Shown: positions 1 through 14,225, counted from the first letter of the stretch. The stretch: 64,000 bases of DNA from Octopus vulgaris (GCA_951406725.2 OX597839.1:10788001-10852000), one strand, 5' to 3'. A program made the numbers and translations. Notes: generated by a model not told the origin, from the letters alone.

Positions 1-3000
1 CTAAAGATTTCTATCAGTGAAATTGTGTCTAAAATGTCTATAGATAATGTCTCTAAAGGCAGAGATTACTGACCTTGCTTCCAAAATCTTTAGTGAAGCA
101 ATGTCTAAACATTTTGACAACTGGACTTGGGTATAAATTCACTAGTGAAGCAATATGTAAATATTTCGATCACTGGCCTTGGGTCTAAAATCTCTAGTGA
201 AGCAATATCTAAACATTTCGACCACTAGCCTTGGGTCTAAAATCTCTAGTGAAGCAATATCTAAATATTTCGACCACTGGCCTTGGGTCTAAAATCTCTA
301 GTGAAGCATGTCTAAACATAGAGATTTGCTGGCCGTGGGACTAAAATCTGCACTGAAGCAATATCTAAACATTTTGACCACTGGCCTTGGGTCTAAAATC
401 TCTAGTGAAGCAATGTCTAAACATTTAGAGCACCAGCCTTGAGTCTAAAATCGCAAGTGAAGCAATATCTAAACATTTCGACCACTGGCCTTGGGTCTAA
501 AATCTCTAGTGAAGCAATGTATAAACATTTAGAATGCTGGTGCTGGGTCTAAAATCTCAAGTGAAGCAGTGTCTAAAGATTTCTATCAGTGAACATGTGT
601 CTAAAATCTCTAGAGATAATGTCTCTAATGGCAGAGATTACTGCCCTTGGTTCAAAAATCTGTAGTGAAGCAAAGTCTAAACATTTAGATTGCTGGCCTT
701 GGGTCTACAATCTCTAGTGAAACAGTGTCTTAAGATTTCTTCTAGTGGACTTGAGCCTAAAATCTGTAGAGATAATGTCTCTAAAGGCAGAGTTTACTGC
801 CCTTTGTTCAAAAATCTCTAGTGAATCAATGTCTAAACATTTAGGTTGCTTCCCCTGCGTCTAAAATCTGTAGTGAAGCGAAGTCTAAACATTTAGACCA
901 CTGGCCTTGGGTCTAAAATCTCTAGTGAAGCAATATCTAAACATTTCGACCACTGGCCTTGGGTCTAAAATCTCTAGTGAAGCTATGTCTAAACATTTAG
1001 ATTGCTGGCCTTGGGTCTAAATTCTCTAGTGAAGCTGTGTCTAAATATTTCTGTGAGTGAACTTGAGCCTAAAATCTCTAGAGATAATGTCCCTAAAGGC
1101 AGACATTACTGCCCTTGGTTCAAAAATTTCTAGTGAATCAATGTCTACACATTTAGATTGCTGACCCTGGGTCTAAAATATTTAGTGAAGCAGTGTCTAC
1201 AGTATTCACTCATTGCTTGTGAGTATAAGATCTTTAGAGAAAATTCAGCTAAAGATGTAGATCACTCACTTTGGGTGTAAAATTTCTAGTGAACTAGATC
1301 TAAATATTTACATCGCTGGCCTTGTTCTAATACCTGTAGTGAAGCAATGTCTAAAGATTTAGACCATAGACTTTGGGTCCAAAATGTCTTGTGAGGGTAT
1401 AGCTTAAGATTTATATCACTGGCCTTGGATCTTAAATCACTAGCAAAGCAGTATCCAAATATGTATATCACTGGGACTGGGTGTAAATCTCTAGTGGAAA
1501 CAGTTTCCAATTATTTTGATCACTGATCTTGCATCCATCATCTATAGACTACTTATATCTAACATGTTGCATTTTTGACATTCGGTCTGAATGTTTTTTG
1601 CTAAAATGTATCCAGATCTGTTGTCTAAACTCACCAATCATATATATTGGATCCCACTGGCCTTCTGTTTTTAATCTCTAGCGAAGCTCTATCTAGTGTT
1701 GAAGCTCACTGTCCTTCTGTCAAATATCTTCATTGAAGCGCTTTCTACAGATTTCGGTCACTGGCATTCTGTATAAAATCTTTTGGTAATCTGTATATAA
1801 AGATTCAGTCTAATCATCTTGGGTTCTAAAATTATTAGTGATGTTGCATCTAAAGATTTAGATCCTTTTACTTCTATAAAAAATCTCTAGTGAAGCTGTG
1901 TCTAAGTATTTAGATCGCTGGTCATCATTCCCAAATCTTTTGTGAAGTTGTTTCTAAAGATCTAGATCTCTTTCAGTTGGTCTAAAATCTGACTAGAGAC
2001 TGTGTCAAAAGATTTAGCTCACTGGCCTTTGGTCTAAAAACTTTAGAAAATCTTTAGTGAAGCTGAGATCACTGGCTTCAGTCTAAAATTTCTTATTTCT
2101 TTATTGCCCACAAGGGGCTAAACATAGAGGGGACAAACAAAGACAGACAAAGGGATTAAGTCGATTACATCGACCCCAGAGCGTAACTGGTACTTAATTC
2201 ATGGACTCCAAAAGGATTAAAGGCAAAGTCGACCTCGGCGGAATTTGAACTCAGAACGTAGTGACAGGCGAAATACCTATTTCTTTACTACGCACAAGGG
2301 GCTAAACATAGAGGGGACAAACAAGGACAGACAAACGGATGAAGTCGATTACATTGACCCCAGTGCGTAACTGGTACTTAATTTATCGACCCAGAAAGGA
2401 TGAAAGGCAAAGTCAACCTCGGCGGAATTTTGAACTCAAAACATGACCAGAGACGAAATACCGCTAAGCATTTCATCTGGTGTGCTAACGTTTCTGCCAG
2501 CTCACTGCCTTAATGTCTAAAATTTCAGTCTAAAATTTCTGAAGATTTTGACTCACTGGCATTCCTTCTCAAATCTGACCTTCAGTGTGAAATCTTTGGC
2601 TTTTCATCTAAAATCTGTAGTGAATCTGTGTCTAAACATTTCAGCAACAGACCTTGGGTTGAAAATCTATCGGAAAGCTATATGTAAAGCTTTAGATCCC
2701 TGGCCTTTGACCTAAAATCTTTAGTGAAAATGTGTCCTGATTTGTTTTCAAAACTCTCAGATCACAGGCATTGGTCTAATGCTTACTGTTCTTGTGTCTA
2801 AAGTCTCTAAGGAGTCACTGCCTAGATATTAATTTTACTGCTTTTGTAGTTGGTTTCTAGAGACACAGTATCTAAGATTTAGACTCTTAGCATTGAGTCT
2901 ATAATCTCTAGCTAATCTGTGCTTAAGATTTAAATTACTGACCTTGGCTCTAAAATCTCTCGTGAATATGTCTAAAGATTTAGATCACTGGCATTGGGTC

Positions 3001-4075
3001 TAAAGTCACTAGCAAAGCCATGTTTAAAAATTTATATCACTACTCTTTGGCTTAAAATCACTAGTCTTACTTATATCCTTGACCACAGTCTTAACATCCT
3101 TTTTGAATCTGAGAATATTTAATACAGTCTCTGATTTTGGGTTTAAAATTTCTGGAGAGACTGTGTGTCAATAATATTTAGACAAGTGGCCTTGGGTATA
3201 GATTCTCTACAGAGATCACAGGTCATTATTGAAACCAGTCCCATGAATTTCCATGAGAGGCTTTGTGATAAAAATCTGCCATGAAATTGTGTCCAAAAAT
3301 TTTCCATCACTGGCCCTTGACCTTCCAACTCTAAAGACAGTATTGTAAATGTGTAGATCACCAGCTCTGGATGTAAAATCTCAAATCAGATGTGTCTTGA
3401 CATTTAATTTCCATACCTTATATAAAAAATTACAGGTCACAGATCGCAGGTCTATAATTTTTAGTAGGATTATTGCCTTATGACTTTGATCACTGGCCTT
3501 CGGTCTAATTTTACTTTTAAAACAGTCTCTAAGGATTTATATCAATGAACCTGTCTCTAAAATGTCTTGTGAGACTGTGCTTAAAGATTTAGTTCTCTGA
3601 CCTTTGGTCTCAAATCACAAGTGAAACTGAGTCTAAATGTTCACATGGCAGGTTTTGAATATAAAATTTATCATCAAACTAAGTTTAAAACATAGTTCAC
3701 TGACCTGGGACTTAAAATCTGTTGTTAGATTTCCTCAAATTGTTAGACTATGTCTCAAAATCTAAAGTAGTGTCCTTAGGCACAATGTCACAAAAGGAAA
3801 TGTACCTAATGATTTAGATCATTGACTTTGCATTCCAGATCTCAAGTGAGATGGTTTCTAAAGATTGATTCTAAACTCTCTCTTGAAATTGTCTATATAG
3901 ATATTTGATCATTGACCCCGGGCCTAAAAGCTCCAGTGTGACTGTACCTAAGGCTTTATGTTACAGGCATTGTCAGAAATTTTTCAAAATCTTTGATAAA
4001 CATTTACATGATTGCCCCTGGGTCAAACATTTCTAGTGAAACTAAGTCCAAAAATGGGTCTATAATCTTCATAAA
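1..4075 (+). repeat. 52-bp satellite array, forward orientation, progressively more degenerate to the right
   Basis: Unit gggtctaaaatctctagtgaagcaatatctaaacatttcgaccactggcctt recurs at 181, 233 and 285 (period 52). Variant blocks recur near 1, 573, 730 and 1040. A SINE interrupts it at 2093-2514. Confidence 0.9.
2093..2514 (-). mobile_element. tRNA-derived SINE family A (head plus two body units)
   Basis: B-box-like gttcaaat and core ctttcatcctt..gtcgataaattaagtaccag on the minus strand. 12-bp TSD gtctaaaatttc at 2081-2092 and 2515-2526. Confidence 0.9.
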
Positions 4076-4224
4076 TACTGTCATTAGAGTTTTTAGGTCC
4101 AAGGCTAGCCACCAAAGTATTTAGGCATAGATTCGTAACAGATTTTAACTACAAGCACTCAGATCAAAATTTAGGGGCACAGATCCAATATCAATTTCAG
4201 ACCTCTGGCGAGTGATTTAAATCT

Positions 4225-7200
4225 TTAGATTCAGTTTTACTAGAGATTTTAGACTCAAGCCCAGGACTCAAAACATCAGACACAGTCTCAATAGTGATTT
4301 TGGACACAGTGTTAGTGTCCTAAATATTTAGATTCAGTTTTACTAGAGATTTTAGACACAAGGCCGGGACTCAAACATCAGACACAGTCTCAATAGTGAT
4401 TTTGGACACAGTGTTAGTGTCCTAAATCTTTAGATTCAGTTTTACTAGAGATTTTAGACTCAAGGCCAGGACTCAAAACATCAGACACAGTCTCAATAGT
4501 GATTTTGGACACAGTGTTAGTGACCTAAATCTTTAGATTCAGTTTTACTAGAGATTTTAGACTCAAGGCCAGGACTCAAATCATCAGACACAGTCTCAAT
4601 AGTGATTTTGGACACAGTGTTAGTGTCCTAAATATTTAGATTCAGTTCTACTAGAGATTTTAGACACAAGGCCAGGACTCAAAACACCAGACACAGTCTC
4701 AATAGGGATTTTGGACACAGTGTTAGTGTCCTAAATATTTAGATTCAGTTTTACTAGAGATTTTAGACTCAAGGCCAGGACTCAAAACACCAGACACAGT
4801 CTCAATAGGGATTTTAGACACAGTGTTAGTGTCCTAAATATTTAGATTCAGTTTTACTAGAGATTTTAGACTCAAGGCCAGGACTCAAATCGTCAGACAC
4901 AGTCTCAATAGTGATTTTGGACACAGTGTTAGTGTCCTAAATATTTAGATTCAGTTCTACTAGAGATTTTAGACATAAGGCCAGGACTCAAACATCAGAC
5001 ACAGTCTCAATAGTGAATTTGGACACAGTGTTAGTGTCCTAAATATTTAGATTCAGTTTTCCTAGAGATTTTAGACTCAAGGCCAGGACTCAAAACATCA
5101 GACACAGTCTCAATAGGGATTTTGGACACAGTGTTAGTGTCCTAAATATTTAGATTCAGTTTTACTAGAGATTTTAGACTCAAGGCCAGGACTCAAAACA
5201 TCAGACACAGTCTCAATAGGGATTTTGGACACAGTGTTATTGTCCTAAATCTTTAGATTCAGTTTTACTAGAGATTTTAGACTCAAGGCCAGGACTCAAA
5301 ACATCAGACACAGTCTCAATAGTGATTTTGGACACAGTGTTAGTGACCTAAATCTTTAGATTCAGTTTTACTAGAGATTTTAGACTCAAGGCCAGGACTC
5401 AAAACATCAGACACAGTCTCAATAGTGATTTTGGACACAGTGTTAGTGACCTAAATCTTTAGATTCAGTTTTACTAGAGATTTTAGACTCAAGGCCAGGA
5501 CTCAAAACATCAGACACAGTCTCAATAGTGATTTTGGACACAGTGTTAGTGTCCTAAATCTTTAGATTCAGTTTTACTAGAGATTTTAGACTCAAGGCCA
5601 GGACTCAAATCATCAGACACAGTCTCAATAGTGATTTTGGACACAGTTTTAATGTCCTAAATCTTTAGATTCAGTTTTAATGGAGATTTTAGACTCAAGG
5701 CCAGGACTCAAAACATCAGACACAGTCTCAATAGTGATTTTGGACACAGTGTTAGTGACCTAAATCTTTAGATTCAGTTTTACTAGAGATTTTAGACTCA
5801 AGGCCAGGACTCAAAACATCAGACACAGTCTCAATAGTGATTTTGGACACAGTGTTAGTGACCTAAATCTTTAGATTCAGTTTTACTAGCGATTTTAGAC
5901 TCAAGGCCAGGACTCAAGACATCAGACACAGTCTCAATAGGGATTTTGGACACAGTGTTAGTGTCCTAAATCTTTAGATTCAGTTTTACTAGAGATTTTA
6001 GACTCAAGGTCAGGACTCAAAACATCAGACACAGTCTCAATAGTGATTATGGACACAGTGTTAGTGTCCTAAATCTTTAGATCCAGTTTTACTAGAGATT
6101 TTAGACTCAAGGCCAGGACTCAAAACATCAGACACAGTCTCAATAGGGATTTTGGACACAGTATTAGTGTCCTAAATCTTTAGATTCAGTTTTACTAGAG
6201 ATTTTAGACTCAAGGCCAGGACTCAAATCATCAGACACAGTCTCAATAGTGATTTTGGACACAGTGTTAGTGTCCTAAATATTTAGATTCAGTTTTAATG
6301 GAGATTTTAGACTCAAGGCCAGGACTCAAAACATCAGACACAGTCTCAATGGTGATTTTGGACACAGTGTTAGTGACCTAAATCTTTAGATTCAGTTTTA
6401 CTAGAGATTTTAGACTCAAGGCCAGGACTCAAACCATCAGACACAGTCTCAATAGTGATTTTGGACACAGTTTTAATGTCCTAAATCTTTAGATTCAGTT
6501 TTAATGGAGATTTTAGACTCAAGGCCGGGACTCAAAACATCAGACACAGTCTCAATAGTGATTTTGGACACAGTGTTAGTGTCCTAAATCTTTAGATTCA
6601 GTTTTACTAGAGATTTTAGACTCAAGGCCAGGACTCAAAACATCAGACACAGTCTCAATAGGGATTTTGGACACAGTGTTAGTGTCCTAAATCTTTAGAT
6701 TCAGTTTTACTAGAGATTTTAGACTCAAGGCCAGGACTCAAAACATCAGACACAGTCTCAATAGTGATTATGGACACAGTGTTAGAGTCCTAAATCTTTT
6801 GATTCAGTTTTACTAGAGATTTTAGACTCAAGGCCAGGACTCAAAACACCAGACACAGTCTCAATAGGGATTTTGGACACAGTTTTAGTGTCCTAAATCT
6901 TTAGATTCAGTTTTAATGGAGATTTTAGACTCAAGGCAAGGACTCAAAACATCAAATACAGTCTCAATAGGGATTTTGGACACAGTTTTAGTGTCTTAAA
7001 TCTTTAGATTCAGTTTTACTAGAGATTTTAGACTCAAGGAGAGGACTCAAATACTCAGACACAGTCTCAATAGTGATTTTGGACACAGTTTTAGTGGCCT
7101 AAATCCTTAGATTCAGTTTTACTAGAGATTTTAGACTCAAGGCCAGGACTCAAAACATCAGACACAGTCTCAATAGTGATATTGGACACAGTTTTAGTGT

Positions 7201-9470
7201 CCTAAATCTTTAAATTCAGTTTTACTAGAGATTTTAGACACAAGGCCAGGACTCAAACATCAGACACAGACTCAATAGTGATATTGGACACAGTTTTAGT
7301 GTCCTAAATATTTAGATTCAGTTTTACTAGAGATTTTAGACTCAAGGCCAGGACTCAAAACATCAGACACAGTCTCAATAGTGATTTTGGACACAGTGTT
7401 AGTGTCCTAAATATTTAGATTCAGTTTTACTAGAGATTTTAGACACAAGGCCGGGACTCAAACATCAGACACAGTCTCAATAGTGATTGTGGACACAGTG
7501 TTAGTGTCCTAAATATTTAGATTCAGTTTTACTAGAGATTTTAGACTCAAGGCCAGGACTCAAATCATCAGACACAGTCTCAATAGTGATTTTGGACACA
7601 GTGTTAGTGACCTAAATCTTTAGATTCAGTTTTACTAGAGATTTTAGACTCAAGGCCAGGACTCAAAACATCAGACACAGTCTCAATAGTGATATTGGAC
7701 ACAGTTTTAGTGTCCTAAATGTTTAGATTCAGTTTTAATGGAGATTTTAGACTCAAGGCCAGGACTCAAAACATCAGACACAGTCTCAATAGTGATTTTG
7801 GATACTGTGTTAGTGACCTAAATCTTTAGATTCAGTTTTACTAGAGATTTTAGACTCAAGGCCAGGACTTAAAACATCAGACACAGTCTCAATAGTGAAT
7901 TTGGACACTGTTTTAGTGTCCTAAATATTTAGATTCAGTTTTAATGGAGATTTTAGACTCAAGGCCAGGACTCAAACATCAGACACAATCTCAACAGGGA
8001 TTTTGGACACAGTTTTAATGTCCTAAATATTTAGATTCAGTTTTACTAGAGATTTTAGACTCAAGGCCAGGACTCAAACATCAGACATTCTCAACAGGGA
8101 TTTGGGACACAGTTTTAGTCTCCTAAATATTTATATTCAGTTTTACTAGAGATTTTAGACTCAAGGCCAGGACTCAAAACACCAGACACAGTCTCAATAG
8201 GGATTTTGGACACAGTGTAGATGTCCTAAATCTTTAGATTCAGTTTTACTTGAGATTTTAGACTCAAGGCCAGGACTCAAAACATTAGACACAGTCTCAA
8301 TCGAGATTTTGGACACAGTTTTAGTGACCTAAATCTTTAGATTCAGTTTTACTAGAGATTTTAGACTCAAGGCCAGGACTCAAAACATTAAACACAGTCT
8401 CAATAGAGATTTTGGACACAGTGTTAGTGTCCTAAATCTTTAGATTCAGTTTTACTAGAGATTTTAGACTCAAGGCCAGGACTTAAAACATCAGACACAG
8501 TCTCAATAGTGAATTTGGACACTGTTTTAGTGTCCTAAATATTTAGATTCAGTTTTACTAGAGATTTTAGACTCAAGGCCAGGACTCAAACATCAGACAC
8601 AGTCTCAACAGGGATTTTGGACACAGTTTTAATGTCCTAAATATTTAGATTCAGTTTTACTAGAGATTTTAGACACAAGGCCAGGACTCAAACATCAGAC
8701 ATTCTCAACAGGGATTTTGGACACAGTTTTAGTCTCCTAAATATTTATATTCAGTTTTACTAGAGATTTTAGACTCAAGGCCAGGACTCAAAACATTAGA
8801 CACAGTCTCAATAGAGATTTTGGACACAGTTTTAGTGACCTAAATCTTTAGATTCAGTTTTACTAGAGATTTTAGACTCAAGGCCAGGACTCAAAACATT
8901 AGACACAGTCTCAATAGAGATTTTGGATATAGTGTTAGTGACCTAAATCTTTAGATTTAGTTTTACTAGAGATTTTAGACTCAAGGCCAGGACTCAAAAC
9001 ATTAGACACAGTCTCAATAGTGATTTTGGACACAGTGTTAGTGACCTAAATCTTTAGATATAGTTTTACTAGAGATTTTAGACTCAAGGCCAGGACTCAA
9101 AACATCAGACACAGTCTCAATAGAGATTTTGGACACAGTGTTAGTGACCTAAATCTTTAGATTCAGTTTTACTAGAGATTTTAGACTCAAGGTCAGGACT
9201 CAAAATATCAGGAACAGTCTCAATAGTGATTTTGGACACAGTTTTAGTGTCCTAAATATTTAGATTCAGTTTTACTAGAGATTTTAGACTCAAGGCCAGG
9301 ACTCAAAATATCAGAAACAGTCTCAACAGGGATTTTGGACACAGTGTTAGTGACTTAGATCTTTAGATTCAGTTTTACTAGAGATTTTAGACTCAAGGCC
9401 AGGACTCAAAATATCAGACACAGTCTCAATAATGATTTTGGACACTATGTTAGTGTCCTAAATCTGTCAA
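4225..9470 (-). repeat. Homogeneous 103-bp higher-order tandem repeat (dimer of the 52-bp unit), about 51 copies
   Basis: gacacagtctcaatag at 4381 and 4484 (period 103). The halves actagagattttagactcaagg... and atagtgattttggacacagtg... are both diverged 52-mers. Confidence 0.95.
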
Positions 9471-10099
9471 CACAGCTTCAAGAGTTTAAACTGAAGGATA
9501 GTGATCAAAATCTTCACTAATAAAAGCCAATGATCTAAAACTTTAGATACAGATTCATTACATATTTTAGATATAAAGATGCTGATTGAAATACTGATGT
9601 CAGTTCTTGGGTCAGTGATTTAGATCTTTCATCTTGGTGTTACTAGAGATTTCAGACTCATGGTGAGTGACCTAAAACATTAGACACTGTCTCAATAGTG
9701 ATTTGGCGCACAATATTAGTGGCCTAAATCTTTAGACACAGCTTCATTAAATATTTTAGAGCAAAGGCCAGGGAACTAAATCTTGACAAAGCTTTACTAA
9801 AGATCTGGGCACAGGTTGAATAACAATTTCAGACCACTGGTAGATGATTTAAATCTTTAGTCTCGGTTTTAAACTCGATGTCAGTGACCTAAAACATTAG
9901 ACACGGTCTTAAGTGATATGGGACCCAATGTTTGTGACCTAAATGCTTAGGCATAGCTTCACTAGAGATTTTAGACCCAAGTTCAGTAGTCTAAATTTGC
10001 AGACACAGCTTAACTAAAAATTTTTGACCGAAAGACAATGATCTAATCTTTAGACACAGACTCACTAGTAATTTTAAACCTAATGTAAGTGATATAAAT

Positions 10100-10280
10100 A
10101 TTGATTTCAAATTTTGGCACCAGGCCAGCAGTTTTGGGAGAAGGGCTAAGTTGATTTAATTTGACCCCAGCGTTCATCTGGTACTTATTTCATCAACCCC
10201 GAAAGGATGAAGGGCAAAACTGACTCAGCATTTTGGTCAGCATGCTAATGATTCTGCCACCTTGCCCCACCCCTTAAGGT
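10100..10280 (-). mobile_element. SINE-A variant with alternative tail (A2)
   Basis: Same core as SINE-A, ending in ...ctggcctggtgccaaaatttgaaatcaata on the minus strand. Confidence 0.75.
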
Positions 10281-10300
10281 TATGTAAATATTGAGATACA

Positions 10301-10715
10301 TTCTTTCTTTTTTCTTTGTTGCCCACAAGGGACTAAACATAGAAGGGACAGACAAAGGGAATAAGTCGATTACATCAACCCAAGTGCGTAACTGGTACTT
10401 AATTTATCAACCCTGAAAGGATGAAAGGCAAAGTCGACCTCAGCAGAATTTGAACTCAGAACGTAGCAGCAGACGAAATACCTATTTCTTTACTATCCAC
10501 AAGGGGCTAAACACAGAGGTGACAAACAAGGACAGACGAATGGATTAAGTCGATTACATCGACCCCAGTGCGTAACTGGTACTTATTTAATTGACTCCAA
10601 AAGGATGAAAGGCAAAGTCGACCTCAGCGGATTTTGAACTCAGAACGTAGTGGCAGACGAAATACCGGCAGGCATTTCGCCTGGCGTGCTAACGCTTCTC
10701 CCACCTTGCCACCTA
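10301..10715 (-). mobile_element. SINE-A dimer
   Basis: Head plus two bodies. TSD attgagataca at 10290-10300 and 10716-10726. Confidence 0.9.
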
Positions 10716-11044
10716 ATTGAGATACAGTCTCACCAGATGCTTTACACCTAAGGCCAGCTAACTTTCTGAACTCAGCAGCTCAAGTGATTCTGAATCTATG
10801 GCCAGTGATCTTAGATCTTGAGTCAGAATCTCACTAATCATTTTAGATTGCATCTTTGGACTAAGTTTCACTAGAAATTTTTAAGCTAGAGCTGATCATG
10901 TGAACTTTCAATAATAGTTTATTTTTAGTGTTTTAGGTAAAAGGCCAGTTAAATAAATCTTTAGATTGAATCACATCAGAGATTCTATACCCATGGTCAA
11001 GAATCAAATATCCATCAAGACTGTTCTATATTTAATAGATGGGG

Positions 11045-11200
11045 AATTATGTACATTATTTACATTCGACGGATACTTGTCCTCATCTTGTTTGTTGTTA
11101 ACACAATGGTTCGGCTGATACACACTCCAGCCTTCTTCAGGTGTCTTGGGAAAATTTCAAACTTGGGTTCTCATTCCTAAGGTATTTTTCGGTGTTGTTA
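11045..11200 (-). mobile_element. Short repeat, probable Penelope-type terminal fragment, with a degenerate hammerhead
   Basis: Reverse complement of 19425-19570. Minus strand reads gacac-CTGAAGA-a-ggctg..cagcc-GAAC. Confidence 0.7.
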
Positions 11201-11308
11201 TTATTATTATTATTATTAACCACTACACCATATGCCCATGGGCATATGGTGTAGTGGTTAAGAGCATGACCTGAACAATAACAATAGTAATAACAATAAT
11301 AATAATAT

Positions 11309-11630
11309 AGGAGTGGCTGTGTGGTAAGTAGATTGTTTACCAATCATATGGTTCCGGGTTCAGTCCCACTGCGCGGCACCTTTGGCAAGTGTCTTCTACT
11401 ATAGCCTCGGGCCGACCAAAGCCTTCTGAGTGGATTTGGTAGACGGAAACTGAAAAGAAGCCTGTCGTATATATGTATAGGTATATATATATATATACGA
11501 CGGGCTTCTTTCAGTTTCTGTCTACCAAATCCACTCAGAAGGCTTTGGTCAGCCTGAGGCTATAGTAGAAGACACCTACCCAAGGTGCCACACAGTGGGA
11601 CTGAAGCCGGAACCATATGGTTGGTAAGCA
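11309..11630. mobile_element. Inverted pair of SINE family B 5' halves around a (TA)n spacer
   Basis: 11309-11470 is forward and 11496-11630 is its reverse complement. Confidence 0.85.
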
Positions 11631-12085
11631 GGCGAGCTGGCAGAGACGTTAGCACGCCGGGCGAAATGCGTAGCCGTATTTCATCTGCCGTTACGTTCTG
11701 AGTTCAACTTCCGCCGAGTTTGCCTTTCATCCTTTCGGGGTCGATAAATTAAGTACCAGTTACGCACTGGGTCGATGTAATGGACTTAATCCCTTCACCT
11801 GTCCTTGTTTGTCCCTTCTGTTTTTAGCCCCTTGTGGGCAATAAAGAAATAAATATATGCCAGAATATTATTTTCAAATTTTAAAACAAGGCCAACAAGT
11901 TTGGAGGAGGGAGTAAGTCGATTACGTTGACCCCCCGGTGCACAATTGGTACTTACTTAATAGACCTTGAAAGCATGAAAGGCAAAGTTGGCCCTGACGA
12001 CATTTGAACCCAGAACGTAAAAACGGAAGAAATGCTGCTACGTATTTTTTCCAGACTGGTAACGATTCACCCTGCTCGTCGCCTA
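11628..12085. mobile_element. SINE-A monomer (+, 11628-11852) followed by SINE-A2 (-, 11870-12085)
   Basis: ggcgagctggcagagacgttagc head through the gtgggcaataaagaaata tail, then a reverse copy with the A2 tail. Confidence 0.85.
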
Positions 12086-12348
12086 ATATACATGCCTGAA
12101 TATTAAGATCCAGTTCCTGGCTGATAAAATGCAGATGAGACAGCTTGTAAATGTTATAATCATTGATTTAAGGAATAAAATCAATAATTCGACTGCATCG
12201 CAAAATTCAGATCACTGCTTCTATTACTTGCGATTTGAGAAATTGCAATCAGAACTGTCTCTAAAGATTTAGGTTACTAGATTTCGCTTTTAAGCCTAAA
12301 ATGTTAGACCTCTGTTGAATCTAAAATCCAAATGAGACTGTGTCTTAG

Positions 12349-12746
12349 TCTATATATATGAAGCTGAATTTGTCTGTGTGTATAGCAGGTATGGTAGCCT
12401 TCAACTAATACTATCTCCTCCGAGACCCTGCAGCGCAAGTTGACCAAAATTGAGAGTATGATAGAAGGCTTGCTCTTCATTCCGTAGAAGAAAAAATTAA
12501 AATCGGACCATGTTAAGACCAAAAATTATTTGCATCAAAAAGTTGCTTTTTTTTCTATGAAAATCCCTAATTTTTTTACGATTTTTTGACTACTGTGTTG
12601 TCGTTTTTCAGAGTATTTCAACCAGAAAAATGTTCACTTAAAGAGAATAACAAGCTACATAATGCAAACTTTTTACTTTTCAAAAATTCCAATTCTAAAG
12701 GGTCGAAAAGAAAACAAACCCAAGCCACCCTGGGCTATACTGTTAG
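12349..12746 (+). mobile_element. Non-autonomous Helitron-like element
   Basis: Starts TCtatatatat and ends with a subterminal hairpin ccca..tggg then gttag|t (a CTAG-like end). It interrupts the satellite. Classification is inferred from the termini only. Confidence 0.5.
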
Positions 12747-13149
12747 TCATTAACTAAATACTTAGATCGGTGAATGAAAACCTTATATTTTTAGTACGGC
12801 AGAAACTATATATACAGATTAATCGCTTTCAGGCTAAAATATTCATGGAAAAACATCTAAATTGTTAAATCACTGTCCTTAATACTTAAATTTCATACGA
12901 CGATTAAAGATTTATATCATTGATCTAAGGTCTAAAATCACTTATGAAACTGTGCAACTGGCCTTGGATCTATAATCAATATTGATATCAAATTTTAACA
13001 CAATGCCTGCAAGTTTGGCGGAGGAATAAGTTGATTATCTGACCGATGGTCTTGTTTATAATCGCAGTTTGTTCACTGATCCGGACTGACATTGGCCAAT
13101 CGTCGGACACAACAGCGAATAGCATATCTACGTTTGAATCTGCTGGAAA

Positions 13150-14225
13150 TATATTGATTTCAAATTTTAGCACAAGGCCAGTAATTTCATGGGGAGGAGG
13201 TAAGTTGATTATATCGACTCCAGTGCTCAACTGGTACTTATTTTATCGACCCCGAAAGGATGAAAGTCAAGGTTGATCCCGGTGGAATTTGAACTCAGAA
13301 CATAAAGGCGGGCAAAATGTCGCTAAGCATTTTGCCCAGCATGCTAACAATTCTGTCCGCACACTGCCTTATCTCCAATCAATATCATTATTGATTTCAA
13401 AAATCAGGTCATCGATTTAAGATCTCAAAATACCCTAGGGCAACGAGTGCAAATTATGTGTACAGACAATAAATCTTTAAAAATCTTCAGGAGTGGTTGT
13501 GTGGTAAGAAGTCTATTTTCCAACCACATGGTTCTGAGTTCAGTCCCACTGCGGGACACCTTAGGCAAGTATCTTCTATTGTAGCCTCGGTCCAACAGAA
13601 ACCTTGTGAGTGGATTTGGTTGACAGAACTGAAAGAAAACTATCGTGTGCATATATATTTGAACTCAGAACGTAGCGGCAGACGAAATACCTATTTCTTT
13701 ACTATCCACAAGGGGCTAAACACAGAGGGGACAAACAAGGACAGACGAATGAATTAAGTCGATTACATCGACCCCGGTGCATAACTTGTACTTATTTCAT
13801 TGACCCCGAAAGGATGAAAGGCAAAGTCGACCTCGGCGGAATTTGAACTCAGAACGTAGCAGCAGACGAAAAAACGCTAAACATTTCGCCCAGTGTGCTA
13901 ACGTTTCTGTCAGATTGCCGCCATCAAAAGACATGATAGTTTCCCTCATGGTAACTACCGCAGTATAGTTTGTTTTACCAGAATATCCACGTTTAAGTGG
14001 GGATAAGTATTGGATTCAAATTTTGACACAAGGCCAGGAATTTGGGGGAAGGGTGCTAGTCGATTACATCGACCCCAGCGTTCAACTGGTACTTAATTTA
14101 TCGACCCCTGGAAGGGATGAAAGGAAAAGTCGACCTCGGTGGAATTTGAATACAGAACGTGCAGACAGACGAAATGCTGTTAAGCATCTTTCCCGGCATG
14201 CTAACGATTCTGCCAGCTTGCTGCC
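13150..14225. mobile_element. SINE cluster: A2 (-, 13150-13372), B 5' half (+, 13488-13655), A (-, 13657-13925), A2 (-, 14005-14225)
   Basis: Direct similarity to other copies in the window. The last copy is flanked by TSD tttaagtggggat at 13992 and 14226. Confidence 0.85.

Larger units (their letters stand above)
4080..11015 (-). repeat. 52-bp satellite family, reverse-complement orientation
   Basis: actagagattttagac..caaggccag is the reverse complement of the forward unit. Degenerate monomers flank the homogeneous core. Confidence 0.85.

Noticed and set aside
4225-9470. CRISPR-like regular array
   Set aside because: The units are contiguous with no unique spacers, there are no cas genes, and the context is eukaryotic.
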